From Myxococcota bacterium (lineage in GTDB: Bacteria; Myxococcota; XYA12-FULL-58-9; JALHOP01), in NCBI GenBank assembly GCA_041288095.1, contig JBGGMJ010000190.1:1-37818 (forward strand): DNA of 37,818 bases. The letters are read 5' to 3'. The translations under genes and the position numbers were made by a program. This document shows positions 27,686-37,000 of the stretch, one piece after another (within the stretch, counting starts at the first letter, position 1; every line of letters begins with the position of its first letter). The notes beneath the pieces were generated by a model, which had not been told where the DNA came from, ran no database searches, and was given only the letters and a program-made list of their open reading frames with translations.

Positions 27686-29926
27686 ATGTCGACAACCCAC
27701 GCCCAACCCCCTCAGCAACAGCTCGGACGGTATCGCCTCGAGCGTGAGCTCGGCAGGGGCGGCTGGGGCACCGTGTATCTGGCGCACGACACGACGCTGA
27801 ACGTGAACGTGGCGCTCAAGGTCCTGACGCCCGACATCTCGCGCGACCGAAGCGCGTTGGAGCGCTTCAAACGCGAGGTGCTCCTCGCCCGCAGCGTGAG
27901 TCACCCCGGCATTTGCCGGGTCTTCGATCTGCACGAGCACGAGGGCACCCACTTCATCACCATGGAGCACATCGACGGTGAGAGCCTCGAGCGGCTGCTC
28001 CAGGACGAGGGCGTGCTGCCCATCGCCCACGTCGTGCGCATCGGTCGCGGCATCGCGATGGCGCTTGCGGCGGCGCACCAGGCCGGCATCGTGCATCGTG
28101 ATCTCAAGCCCAGCAACGTGCTCATCGCACACAACGGAAAGCCTTCGTTGCTCGACTTCGGCTTTGCCACGACGCCGACGCTGACGTCGCTGACTACCCC
28201 GGGGTTCATCGTGGGCTCGCTGCACTACGTCGCGCCCGAGACCCTGCGCGGCGAAGTCTTGAGCGAGAGCAGCGACGTCTACGCGTTGGGTGTCCTCCTC
28301 TACCGCTGTGTGACGGGGCGCCACCCGCACGAGGCGGCGGACGTCACCGAGCTGTTGGAGCTCATCGAGACCCGGCGAGCCATGCCGCCCAGCCAATACA
28401 ACTCGCAAAGCTTTCCCGAGCTCGACGAGCTCATCCTGCGCACCATCGCCGCGCCGGCCGAGCGCTTCCACTCGGCGCTCGAGGTCGAGCGCGAGCTCGC
28501 CGCCCTCGAGACCGACACGTTGACCAAGGTCGAGCGCGCCCGGCCACTTTCTCCGTGGGATCGCGACATCGACTCGCTGGTGTCACTCGCCATCCAGAGC
28601 CCAACCTACTCGTCGCTGCTGCAGCAGAAGGTAAGTCACACGACGGTGCTGTTCACCGACATCGTTGGCGCGACCTCTTACTTCGACCGTCATGGTGACG
28701 TGCGCGGCTACCGATTCATCGATACCCACAACAAGCTGCTCCTGCCGATCGTCGAGAGTCATGGCGGCGTCGTCATCAAGACGATCGGCGACGCCATCAT
28801 GGCGACCTTCGCACGCGCCGACGGCGCCGCATCGGCCGCGATCGCAATGCAGGAAGCACTCGCGCGTCACAACGCTTCGATCCATGACAGCGGCGGTCGC
28901 ATCAGCGTGCGCATCGGTATCCACAGCGGGCAAGCCGTCGTCCAGCGGAGCGACGTCTTCGGCAACTGCGTCAACGTCGCGGCGCGTATCTGTGCTCTCG
29001 CGGAAGGTGGCGACATCCTCGTGTCCTCCTCGACACGCGACATGCTGCTCGATCCGAAGCTCGTCACCGAATTCCATTCGTCCCCCGAGCTCAAGGGCAA
29101 GCAGGGGAGCTACGCGCTGTTCAGCGTCACCTGGGATGACGACACCCAAGTGACGGAGCGCAGCCCACCGCCCAGCCGGGAGACGCCGGCTCCGAGCCCG
29201 CTGCAAAGCCGCCCACCCATCGTCGGCCGCACGCGGGTCGCTTGGTTCATCATGGCGGCGGCACTCGGGCTGCTGTTCACCGCGGGTGCGTTGACGATGT
29301 GGTTCGACGTTGGCGATCAGCCTGAGCCGGAGCTGACGTCCGCGGCGACGCCCGAGGCCGCCCCCATCGCCGATGTGCCTCTAGAACCGCCAACTCCTGT
29401 CCCGCCTTCCGCGCCGCCGCCCGCGCCACCACTCGCTCCTCCCGCGCCACCCCCCAAGCCCGCGATAGCGGTCAAGAGCACGACGACCTCTCGACCGCCA
29501 CGTGGGGGGAGCGGTCGCAAGACCGTGTCCGACGCCGATCGCACCCACGCCGAGCTCACGCGCCTAGCGACCGACACCGCCGCCGCCGTGCGCGGCCACG
29601 GTCTGGTCGATGGGGACGTTGCTCAGCTCGACGAAGCGCAGCGTGACTTGCAGCGCGCGGTGCGCGGAGGCGATGGGGAGCACGCCCGCGACGCCGCGGC
29701 GCGCGCTGTCGCAATCGCCTCGCATCAGGCGATCGATCGGACCTTCATCAGCAGAAAGCTCACGCGACTGAATGGGCGCTATGATACGATTTCCAAGGGC
29801 GGCGTCGTGCCGAAGCTCGACGACGCTCTTGCGTCCGCTGCAGCGGCGTTCGCCCACGGCGACTTTCGGGGCGCCAACGGGGCGCTCAACCAAGCGTACG
29901 ATTTGATGGAGGCGATGCGCCGCTAG
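27686..29926 (+). CDS. Hanks-type Ser/Thr kinase fused to a class III adenylate cyclase, TM helix and Pro-rich extracytoplasmic region
   Basis: Kinase motifs LGRGGWGTV, VALK, HRDLKPSN, DFG, APE. Cyclase motifs LFTDIVG, KTIGDAIMA, RIGIHSG, DVFGNCVNVAAR. TM segment VAWFIMAAALGLLFTAGALTMWF. ATG 27686 has AAGG upstream. Confidence 0.92.
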   Translation: MSTTHAQPPQQQLGRYRLERELGRGGWGTVYLAHDTTLNVNVALKVLTPDISRDRSALERFKREVLLARSVSHPGICRVFDLHEHEGTHFITMEHIDGESLERLLQDEGVLPIAHVVRIGRGIAMALAAAHQAGIVHRDLKPSNVLIAHNGKPSLLDFGFATTPTLTSLTTPGFIVGSLHYVAPETLRGEVLSESSDVYALGVLLYRCVTGRHPHEAADVTELLELIETRRAMPPSQYNSQSFPELDELILRTIAAPAERFHSALEVERELAALETDTLTKVERARPLSPWDRDIDSLVSLAIQSPTYSSLLQQKVSHTTVLFTDIVGATSYFDRHGDVRGYRFIDTHNKLLLPIVESHGGVVIKTIGDAIMATFARADGAASAAIAMQEALARHNASIHDSGGRISVRIGIHSGQAVVQRSDVFGNCVNVAARICALAEGGDILVSSSTRDMLLDPKLVTEFHSSPELKGKQGSYALFSVTWDDDTQVTERSPPPSRETPAPSPLQSRPPIVGRTRVAWFIMAAALGLLFTAGALTMWFDVGDQPEPELTSAATPEAAPIADVPLEPPTPVPPSAPPPAPPLAPPAPPPKPAIAVKSTTTSRPPRGGSGRKTVSDADRTHAELTRLATDTAAAVRGHGLVDGDVAQLDEAQRDLQRAVRGGDGEHARDAAARAVAIASHQAIDRTFISRKLTRLNGRYDTISKGGVVPKLDDALASAAAAFAHGDFRGANGALNQAYDLMEAMRR

Positions 29927-29939
29927 CGGCGCTCGAGGA

Positions 29940-30680
29940 GTGCGATTGGGCCTCGTGTTGGCGACACTGCTACTGGCCACGGGCGACTCGAGCCCCGATG
30001 TGCTCTGCATTCGTTCGCTCGAGGTGGTGGGCCTCGAGCCCGCCGCGTCCGCGAAGCTGAGCGACTCCATCGCGGCCACGCTGCGCAATCAAAACGTGAC
30101 CGAGTACCTCGGCGCCGAAAGCTGCCCAACGTCGGCGCTCGGTGTCGTGACCATCCAGGTCCTGCGTGCCGGCAACGCTTTCCATCTCTCGCTGCGTGCA
30201 GTCGACGCGAACGGCGTCACGGAGATCACCAAGGTCGACAGTCAGCGACCGCGCGTCTCCGACACCGTGAATCTCGACCAGGAATTGCTCGAGATCGTCA
30301 GCGCGTTACGGGCTCACCGGGCCGCGTCGGTCGTCGCCGCCCCACCTCCGGTGAGCATCGCCGCGCCGGCAAGCCAGTCCGAGCCTGGGCTAGTCGCGCG
30401 CTTCGGCGTGGCACCGCTTGCGCTCTGGGGCACGGGCGCCGTGAGCCTGATCGTCGCGGGGGCGTTTCAGCTCAACGCCTACAAGCATCACGGCGCGCTC
30501 GACGAAGGCGACTACGATGCGCACCGCAGTGCCGGCATTCACAGTCAGAACGTCGCGCGCGTGACCGGCGTCGTAGGCCTTGCCGCCATCGCCGTTGGCG
30601 TCGTGCTCTACTTGGTGCGCGATGACGACGGGGTGGAGACCACCGGCGATGGGACGGGCGCTGTTCTCGTGCGCTTCTAG
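29940..30680 (+). CDS. Hypothetical exported/membrane protein, likely co-transcribed with the kinase-cyclase
   Basis: Signal-peptide-like N-terminus, Pro/Ala linker and two C-terminal hydrophobic segments; starts 13 bp after the kinase stop. Confidence 0.75.
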   Translation: MRLGLVLATLLLATGDSSPDVLCIRSLEVVGLEPAASAKLSDSIAATLRNQNVTEYLGAESCPTSALGVVTIQVLRAGNAFHLSLRAVDANGVTEITKVDSQRPRVSDTVNLDQELLEIVSALRAHRAASVVAAPPPVSIAAPASQSEPGLVARFGVAPLALWGTGAVSLIVAGAFQLNAYKHHGALDEGDYDAHRSAGIHSQNVARVTGVVGLAAIAVGVVLYLVRDDDGVETTGDGTGAVLVRF

Positions 30681-30729
30681 AGCTGCGCCGCTTGCGCTTG
30701 CGCTTGCGAGGCCGTGGCGCTGGCGCATA

Positions 30730-31255
30730 CGAGCCGTTTTAGCGTCTGCTGTTTGGGGCCTCGGTGGATCTGCACCGAGGGGGTTGAGGAGACCCGGGGG
30801 CCTTCGCCGGCTTTGGGGCTGTGCTTTCTGCATGAGCCGGAGGGGTTGTGCTGCGCTGCCGGGGGCTTGGGCTATGTCGGTGTGTCCGCTTTGGCGGAAT
30901 GCGCGTCAACGCGCATTTTGGTGGCGAACGTGATCTTGTGGTCGAACGCCGAGCTCTTCGACGCAGTAGGTGCGAAGACTCGTGTACCCGTGGTGCCCCG
31001 CAAATGCCCGCGGATGCGAAAATCACGGAAGCCGCCGCAAAAACGCAACAGTCGTTTTTTCGCACGCGCGCGTACGCAAAATACGCGTTAGCGCGCATTT
31101 TCAAACGTCCGCTATAGCGCCAGGCCCCATTGCGAAGCACAACCTCCGGCCCGCGCAGCAATCAGACGCCAAGGCAACCGCCCGCCCCCGGGTCTCCTCC
31201 ACCCCCTCGGTGCAGATCCACTGAGGCCTCAAACAGCAGACGCTAAAACGGCTCG
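30730..31255. repeat. Long non-coding inverted-repeat element (MITE/REPIN-like)
   Basis: 30730-30801 and the reverse complement of 31184-31255 match at 69/72 nt by manual alignment. Degenerate similarity continues inward to about 30920 and 31077. Internal hairpins are present. Confidence 0.9.
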
Positions 31256-31320
31256 CGAGTGACCGCCAAACAAGCCGAGGACCGGAGCACCACGTCACCG
31301 TCGCAGCACGAGGTCCACGT

Positions 31321-32100
31321 CTACTCGCACGCTCCCGCCCGCAGACATTCGCAGACGCCGGCGCTGCAGAAGCTCGTGCTTGGACACGGGGTGAGCCTCG
31401 TCGGATATTCGCAGGCCCCGGTGTTGGTATCGCATTCGCCCTGGGTCTGGTACGTGCGCACCGTGGCATCGTCGTGACAGTCAGCGGCGGGAGGCTGAAG
31501 GCACCGGCGCTCCGTGCCGATGCAGGCGCCGCTGGGGTTGCAGGTGTCGTCGTCGGTGCAGGCGTTACCGTCGTCGCACGGGACGCCGGCGGGGATGACG
31601 ACCTGCGAGCAGGCACCGGTCGCCGGATTACACTCTGCCACCTCGTGGCAGGTATCGATCGCCTCACAGATGACCGGGTCCGTGCCCCGACACACGCCAC
31701 TGACGCAGGTGTCGATTTGCGTGCAAAGGTCGTGGTCATCGCACGACACGGAGGTCGGCGTGCGCTGACAGGAGCCGTTCACACAGTCGTTGACGATGCA
31801 GAGGTCGCCGCCTGGGCAGTCGTCGCGCGTCGTGCACAGGCAGCTGCCCGCGTTGCAGACGCACGCGCCGTCGATGCAGGTCTCGAAGGCTTGGCAGTGA
31901 AACAGCGACGACGCGTAACCGCAGGTGCCGCTCGCGCGGTCGCAGGTGCCGCTGGCTTCGTAGCTGCGAACGGCTTGACCGTCGCACGCCGCGGCTGGTG
32001 GGTCATCGCAGAGCGCGTCGGTGCGACGACACGCGTCGGCTCGCGGAAAGCTCAGGCATGCGGGGAGTAGGAAGAGGGTGACTGCCCCGGCGCGGCGCAT
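31321..32100 (-). CDS. Cysteine-rich repeat lipoprotein
   Basis: Lipobox [18 protein letters not shown] and [13 protein letters not shown] repeats; N- and C-terminal PPAA.C...VR.Y...G.CD...G.C.Y repeats. ATG 32100 preferred over 32106. Confidence 0.82.
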   Translation of the reverse strand: MRRAGAVTLFLLPACLSFPRADACRRTDALCDDPPAAACDGQAVRSYEASGTCDRASGTCGYASSLFHCQAFETCIDGACVCNAGSCLCTTRDDCPGGDLCIVNDCVNGSCQRTPTSVSCDDHDLCTQIDTCVSGVCRGTDPVICEAIDTCHEVAECNPATGACSQVVIPAGVPCDDGNACTDDDTCNPSGACIGTERRCLQPPAADCHDDATVRTYQTQGECDTNTGACEYPTRLTPCPSTSFCSAGVCECLRAGACE

Positions 32101-32167
32101 GTGCATGAGTATAGCCCAGGCGAGGTGGGCGGTTGTTCCGGGCTCGACTTCATTTCATAGTCCCGCC

Positions 32168-33085
32168 ATGCCCGTGATCGCTCGCCTGTCGACTCTTGGC
32201 GTCGTCCTCCTCGTGCTTGCTTGTGATGGTGACGCTGGTTCCACTGGCCCGGAAGGGCCTCCTGGGGCGGAAGGTCCTCGAGGGCCCGCGGGTGATCCGG
32301 GGCCGGCAGGCGATCCTGGACCGCAGGGCGCACCTGGTGACGCCGGGCCGCAAGGTGAACCCGGAGTCGCGGGCGGCATCGCGGGTGGAGCGCTCGCCGG
32401 GACGTATCCCAACCCCGACATCGCCACTGGAGCGGTCAACGCGGGACACATCGATGCGTCGCTGATCGACGCCGATGCCGCGAGCCCGAGCCTGCGCACG
32501 CTGGGCACCGGCGCAAGCCAAGCCGCTGCCGGCGACGACGCGCGCCTCGCCGATGCTCGCACGCCCACGGGTACGGCGGGCGGAGCGCTCGATGGGACCT
32601 ATCCCTCGCCGACGCTCGCGGCTGGGGTCATCAGCAGCCCAGGATTCTTTTCGAGCGGCGCCTTTCCCATTGCGCGCTACAAGCCCGAGACGACCCAGGA
32701 GTTTCCCGCGGGGACGGCGACGGCTGTCGTCTGGCTGGCACCGGCAAGCGCTGATTCCTTCGAGAGCGAGGCGTTTCTTTCGTCGGACGGCTTGCAGCTC
32801 ACGCCGACGACGCCGGGCATCTACCGCGTCTCCGCGACCATGGTGTTGAGCCCCCTGACCGGTACCTCGGGTGCCAACGTGCGGATCAGTCACTCGACGC
32901 TTGGACAACTCGACGTCGACGGGCGCACCGCCGCGGGCGGGGCCGTGCCCCATCTCGATTCCCTGGTCCCGATGCAACAAGGCGACTACGTCGAAGTGAC
33001 GGTGACGTCGGGAGTCGCGTCGACCTTTGGCATCGAGAGCCAATCGTTCGTAAGCATTCAGTGGGTCGCGCCGCTCATTCCCTAG
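32168..33085 (+). CDS. Collagen-like lipoprotein with fibre-like repeats and a probable C1q/TNF-like C-terminal head
   Basis: Lipobox VLAC; ~16 consecutive Gly-X-Y triplets (~32228-32371); two AGGAL.GTYP.P repeats; beta-rich tail with PGIYRVS..GDYVEV. ATG at 32168. Confidence 0.8.
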   Translation: MPVIARLSTLGVVLLVLACDGDAGSTGPEGPPGAEGPRGPAGDPGPAGDPGPQGAPGDAGPQGEPGVAGGIAGGALAGTYPNPDIATGAVNAGHIDASLIDADAASPSLRTLGTGASQAAAGDDARLADARTPTGTAGGALDGTYPSPTLAAGVISSPGFFSSGAFPIARYKPETTQEFPAGTATAVVWLAPASADSFESEAFLSSDGLQLTPTTPGIYRVSATMVLSPLTGTSGANVRISHSTLGQLDVDGRTAAGGAVPHLDSLVPMQQGDYVEVTVTSGVASTFGIESQSFVSIQWVAPLIP

Positions 33086-33099
33086 CTTGGAGTTGCGAC

Positions 33100-34008
33100 G
33101 TGATCGCACTGTTGACCGCTATTGCAGTTGGCCTCCCAGCGGGTGGTTGGTACCCCAAGAATCGCGAGGCGTTGGAATCGATGCTCAAGGCGGTGAAGCC
33201 TGGTGACATCGCCACCTTCGACTGGGACAACACCAGCGCCTTCGGCGACATCGGCGAGAACGTGTTTTTCTATCAGCTCGAGCGCATGGAGATGCTGCTC
33301 ACGCCGAGTCAGGTTCACGAGCTGATGCCCGAGCCGCTGCGACCGAGGATGGTCGCGGCGTACGTGGCGCTCAAGTCCGGCAAAGCGGTCATCGGCGACG
33401 CCACGCACAAGGAGTTCCGGGAGACTTGCGCCGGCTTGTACGCGAAGCTCGAAGAAGACCCCAACGTCCCGCGCGCTTACACCTATGCCTGGATCGGTTA
33501 CTGGCTCGCGGGGATGACAGCCGAGCAAGTGCGCGCGCTCGGGGCGAAGGTCGCGCCGCTGGTGACCAAGCCGCAGCAAGAGATCAAGGACCTGATGTCC
33601 GCTATAACAGCGGCCGGCGCGCGGGTTTACGTCATTTCGGCGAGCCAGCAGGAGCTGGTGCGCGGCGCGGCGGCGACCTTTGGTTATCCATTGCCGGCGG
33701 ATCACATCTACGGCCTCCGCAACGCCATGGCGGAAGGAAAATATCTGCCCCGCTACGAGCCGGCGTATCCGATCACCTGGCGCCAGGGCAAAGCCGACCT
33801 CATCGACACTGTCTTGCCCAAGGGCCGGCACATCTTCGCGGCAGGCGATGCCAACACCGACGTCGAGATGCTGCGACACGCCGAGTACCGCTTGGTCATC
33901 GACCGCCACCCCGACGGCGACCTTGCAAAGCTCGTGCAGGAGCCCAGGGTGATTTTGCAGGCCCGTGACGAGAAGACGGGCGCCATGGTTCCGCGCCCTA
34001 GAACATAG
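33100..34008 (+). CDS. HAD-superfamily phosphatase, probably exported (phosphorylcholine phosphatase-like)
   Basis: HAD motifs I FDWDNT, II VISAS, III GK and IV AGDANTD. GTG 33100 with GGAG upstream; hydrophobic N-terminus. Confidence 0.85.
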   Translation: MIALLTAIAVGLPAGGWYPKNREALESMLKAVKPGDIATFDWDNTSAFGDIGENVFFYQLERMEMLLTPSQVHELMPEPLRPRMVAAYVALKSGKAVIGDATHKEFRETCAGLYAKLEEDPNVPRAYTYAWIGYWLAGMTAEQVRALGAKVAPLVTKPQQEIKDLMSAITAAGARVYVISASQQELVRGAAATFGYPLPADHIYGLRNAMAEGKYLPRYEPAYPITWRQGKADLIDTVLPKGRHIFAAGDANTDVEMLRHAEYRLVIDRHPDGDLAKLVQEPRVILQARDEKTGAMVPRPRT

Positions 34009-34015
34009 GGCAGCG

Positions 34016-37000
34016 CTACAGCGCTTCGCGCGACAGCTGGACGTAGAAACCCGAGCACACGTCGGTGAACGAGACGCGGTCATCGCCGGGCGCGACGCCG
34101 ATCCCCGACAGGCACGCCGTAGCGGACATCGGCGCATCTTCGCGCCGGTTACCGTAGATGGTGATGAGCTCGTCGTCGCCTGTCGCGACGCCGTCATCGC
34201 CGGCGAGAACCTGACGCACCGTGAAACCGCTGGCGACGAATAGGTTCCCGAAGCTGTCGACGGCGACGCTGCGCGGCGAGGTGATGGCGACGAAGCGCGC
34301 GGTTCCCGAGCCGGCGATCCCCGCGGACCCGTCACCGGCGATGACATGAACCCGCTGCGCCACGCGATCGACTCGCCGTACTTGATGGTTTCCGGTGTCG
34401 GCGATCAACAGATTGGGAAGGCCTCCACCAACGCGCTCGAGCGTCACGCCCTCCGGAAAGAACAGGTGTGCGTCGTCGAGCGGCACACCCGTCGGAACGT
34501 CGAAGTCCGGCAGGCCGACGGTCGGGATACCCACCACGGTCGTGACGCTCGTGGCATCGACGGCGCGGATGACGTGATTGCCGCGATCGGCGACGTAGAG
34601 AATGCCGCTGCTCTCGTCGTAGGCGAGCCCCATCGGCTGACGGAAACGAGCCGAGGCGCGAGGACCATTGACGTGGTCACCCGTCGAGCTGCCGGCGTAA
34701 AGGCTCACCAGCCAGGTGCGCGGGTCCGCCGGATTGACGAGCGATGAGACGAAGATTTGATTCCCCGCGGCATCCGCGATGAACAGCCGCATGGGTGAGG
34801 CCGTGGTGTCGAGGGCCACACCGGCTGCATCACCGAAGGAGCCGCGGTAGCGCGCGACCACGCCGTCGTTCGTCGGTCCGAACCCGTAGCCGACAAGACC
34901 GTCGATGCGCCGGCGTACGTGATCCACGGCGGCGACGTTGAAGCCATTGGCGACCCACCAGACGTCCGCTCCAGCGGCTGTCGGCGCGTGGAGGATCTGT
35001 CGCGGGCGCTCGAGGTTGCCGGCGGTGAAGCTCCCGGTTCCCAAGGGATCCGTCTGACCAATGAGGGTCGAGATGATGCCGGTGCTGCTCACTCTCTTCA
35101 CACCGCCGTCGTAGTTCGCGACGAACACATCACCGGTCGCCGAGCGCGCCACGTCGACGATGTTACCGATGCACCAGTTGAGCGCGCTGACGCCATCGGA
35201 CGCGGAGGTGCAGCCGATGGCGTCGGTTACACCCGCGAACGATGCGGTGGCGCCGCTGACGCTGTAGCGTCGAACCTCGCCGTCGAAGCCCGCGAGCAGG
35301 CTCTGGCTCGCATCATCGAACGCGAGACCGCTCGAGAAAGAAAAGTTCGTGGCGGCATGCAGGCGCTCGACGTTGGCGCCGCCGGCGACGATGCGCCGTA
35401 ACGTCGTGTTCGTGCCGTCCCCGTCGAAGAAATAGACGTCACCGTTCGCCGCGACAGTCACGGCGCGTGGTCCTTGCAGGGTCGCCGTGGTGCGCGGTCC
35501 GCTGTCACCGCAGCTCGCCGGGCCGGCGCAGGCGATACCCGTGCCGACGAACGTCGACGTGCTGCCCGTCGGGTCGATGCGGCGAATGCGAAACCCACCG
35601 AGGTCGCTCACGTAAAGGGATCCGTCCGGCGCCGTGGCGATGTCGCTGGGAGCGGTGAAGCTCGCGGCCGTCGCTGCTCCACCGTCACCGCAGGGCGCGG
35701 TCGTCGGCGCGCAGGTGACACCGTTGCCGGCGATGGTGCTCAAGATGTTGCCGGCGCGTGCAATGCGGCGCAGACGGCCGGTCGGTCCGTCGAAGAAGAA
35801 CACGTTGCCAGCCGCGTCGGCGGCAAGACCGGTGTCGTCGCGGTAGAACGTGGGGACGGTGTCCGCCGCGAGGCCATCACCACACGGGTTGGTCGGGTCG
35901 GTGCAGGTCACGGCGCTACCCGAAAGGCGGTAGATGAGTCCGTCCGGATCGACGCGATAGAGGCGGCGCGATGGACTCTCGCCGACGAAGGCTGTGCCAT
36001 CGGCCGCGGCGGCGACGATGCGTGGCTCTTGAAACTTCGAGGCGGTGCCGGCGGTGCCCGAGTACACGGGCTCGCTGATGCGGCTACCGCCGATGGTCTC
36101 CAAGCGGTAGGTCGCGCCGTTCGGTGTGAGCCGGCGAATGCGCCGGGCCCCATCGATGAAATAGACGCTCTCATCCGGACCCAAGGTGATGGCTTGTGGG
36201 CCATTGATCCCGATGAGCTTTGCGTCCTCACCGCTTTCGCAATCTCCGCTGCAGGGTCCGCCGGTGCCCGCGATAGTGGACACAGTGGTCGGCGTGACGA
36301 GACGAATCTTGTTGTCGTTTCGGTCAGCGATGAAGATCATATCGCCAAGCTCGGTGGCGGCGAGGCTTACCGGATAATTGAATCGGCCGCCCGTGACCGC
36401 ACCGTCGCCGCAGCTCGAGGTCGGGCTCGCGCAGGCAATGTCCCCGGACACCGTCTGAAAACCACCTCCAGAGGTCCAGCGGGTGAGCTTATGGTGGAAC
36501 GGCGAGGAAGCGTTGGTCTCGGTGTAAAGCAAGCTGTTCGTGCCGTAGGCGGCGACCGCCTCGGGCGAATCGACGCCGCGCCACTGCGAGATCGTGCCGT
36601 TGGGGGAGATGTAACGCAGCCTTCCCGAGAACGACCCGGTCGTCAGCAACTCGTCCGAGACGTAGATGCCACCGACGTTGTCGAGCGCGACGTCCAGGGG
36701 GTAGCCCATCCCCGCTGCCAAGGCGGGTCCGCCATCGCCACAAGTCCCGGTGAAGCAACCGTAGCTCCCCGCGACGCGGGTGATGACCTGTGTGCGGTAG
36801 TCGATGCGGAGAATCCGGTAGTGGCCTTGATCGACGACGAAGAGATTGCCAAGTCGGTCCGTTGCGAGGCCCATCGGATAGTAGAGCGAGGCCTGCATTG
36901 CCGGCATGCCTTCGTCGTTCGCGACCGGGGCGCGGCCGGCGTAGATGCGAGCGCGACGACTTCCTGCTTCGACGCGCCAGATGACATGGCGCGACCAGTC

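Noticed and set aside
30730..31255. CRISPR array
   Set aside because: Only two copies in inverted orientation, no repeat-spacer periodicity and no cas genes.
30714..31739. ORFs sharing the peptide SRFSVCCL.P.WICTEGVEETRG on opposite strands
   Set aside because: By-product of the DNA inverted repeat; atypical codon usage and no evidence of coding.
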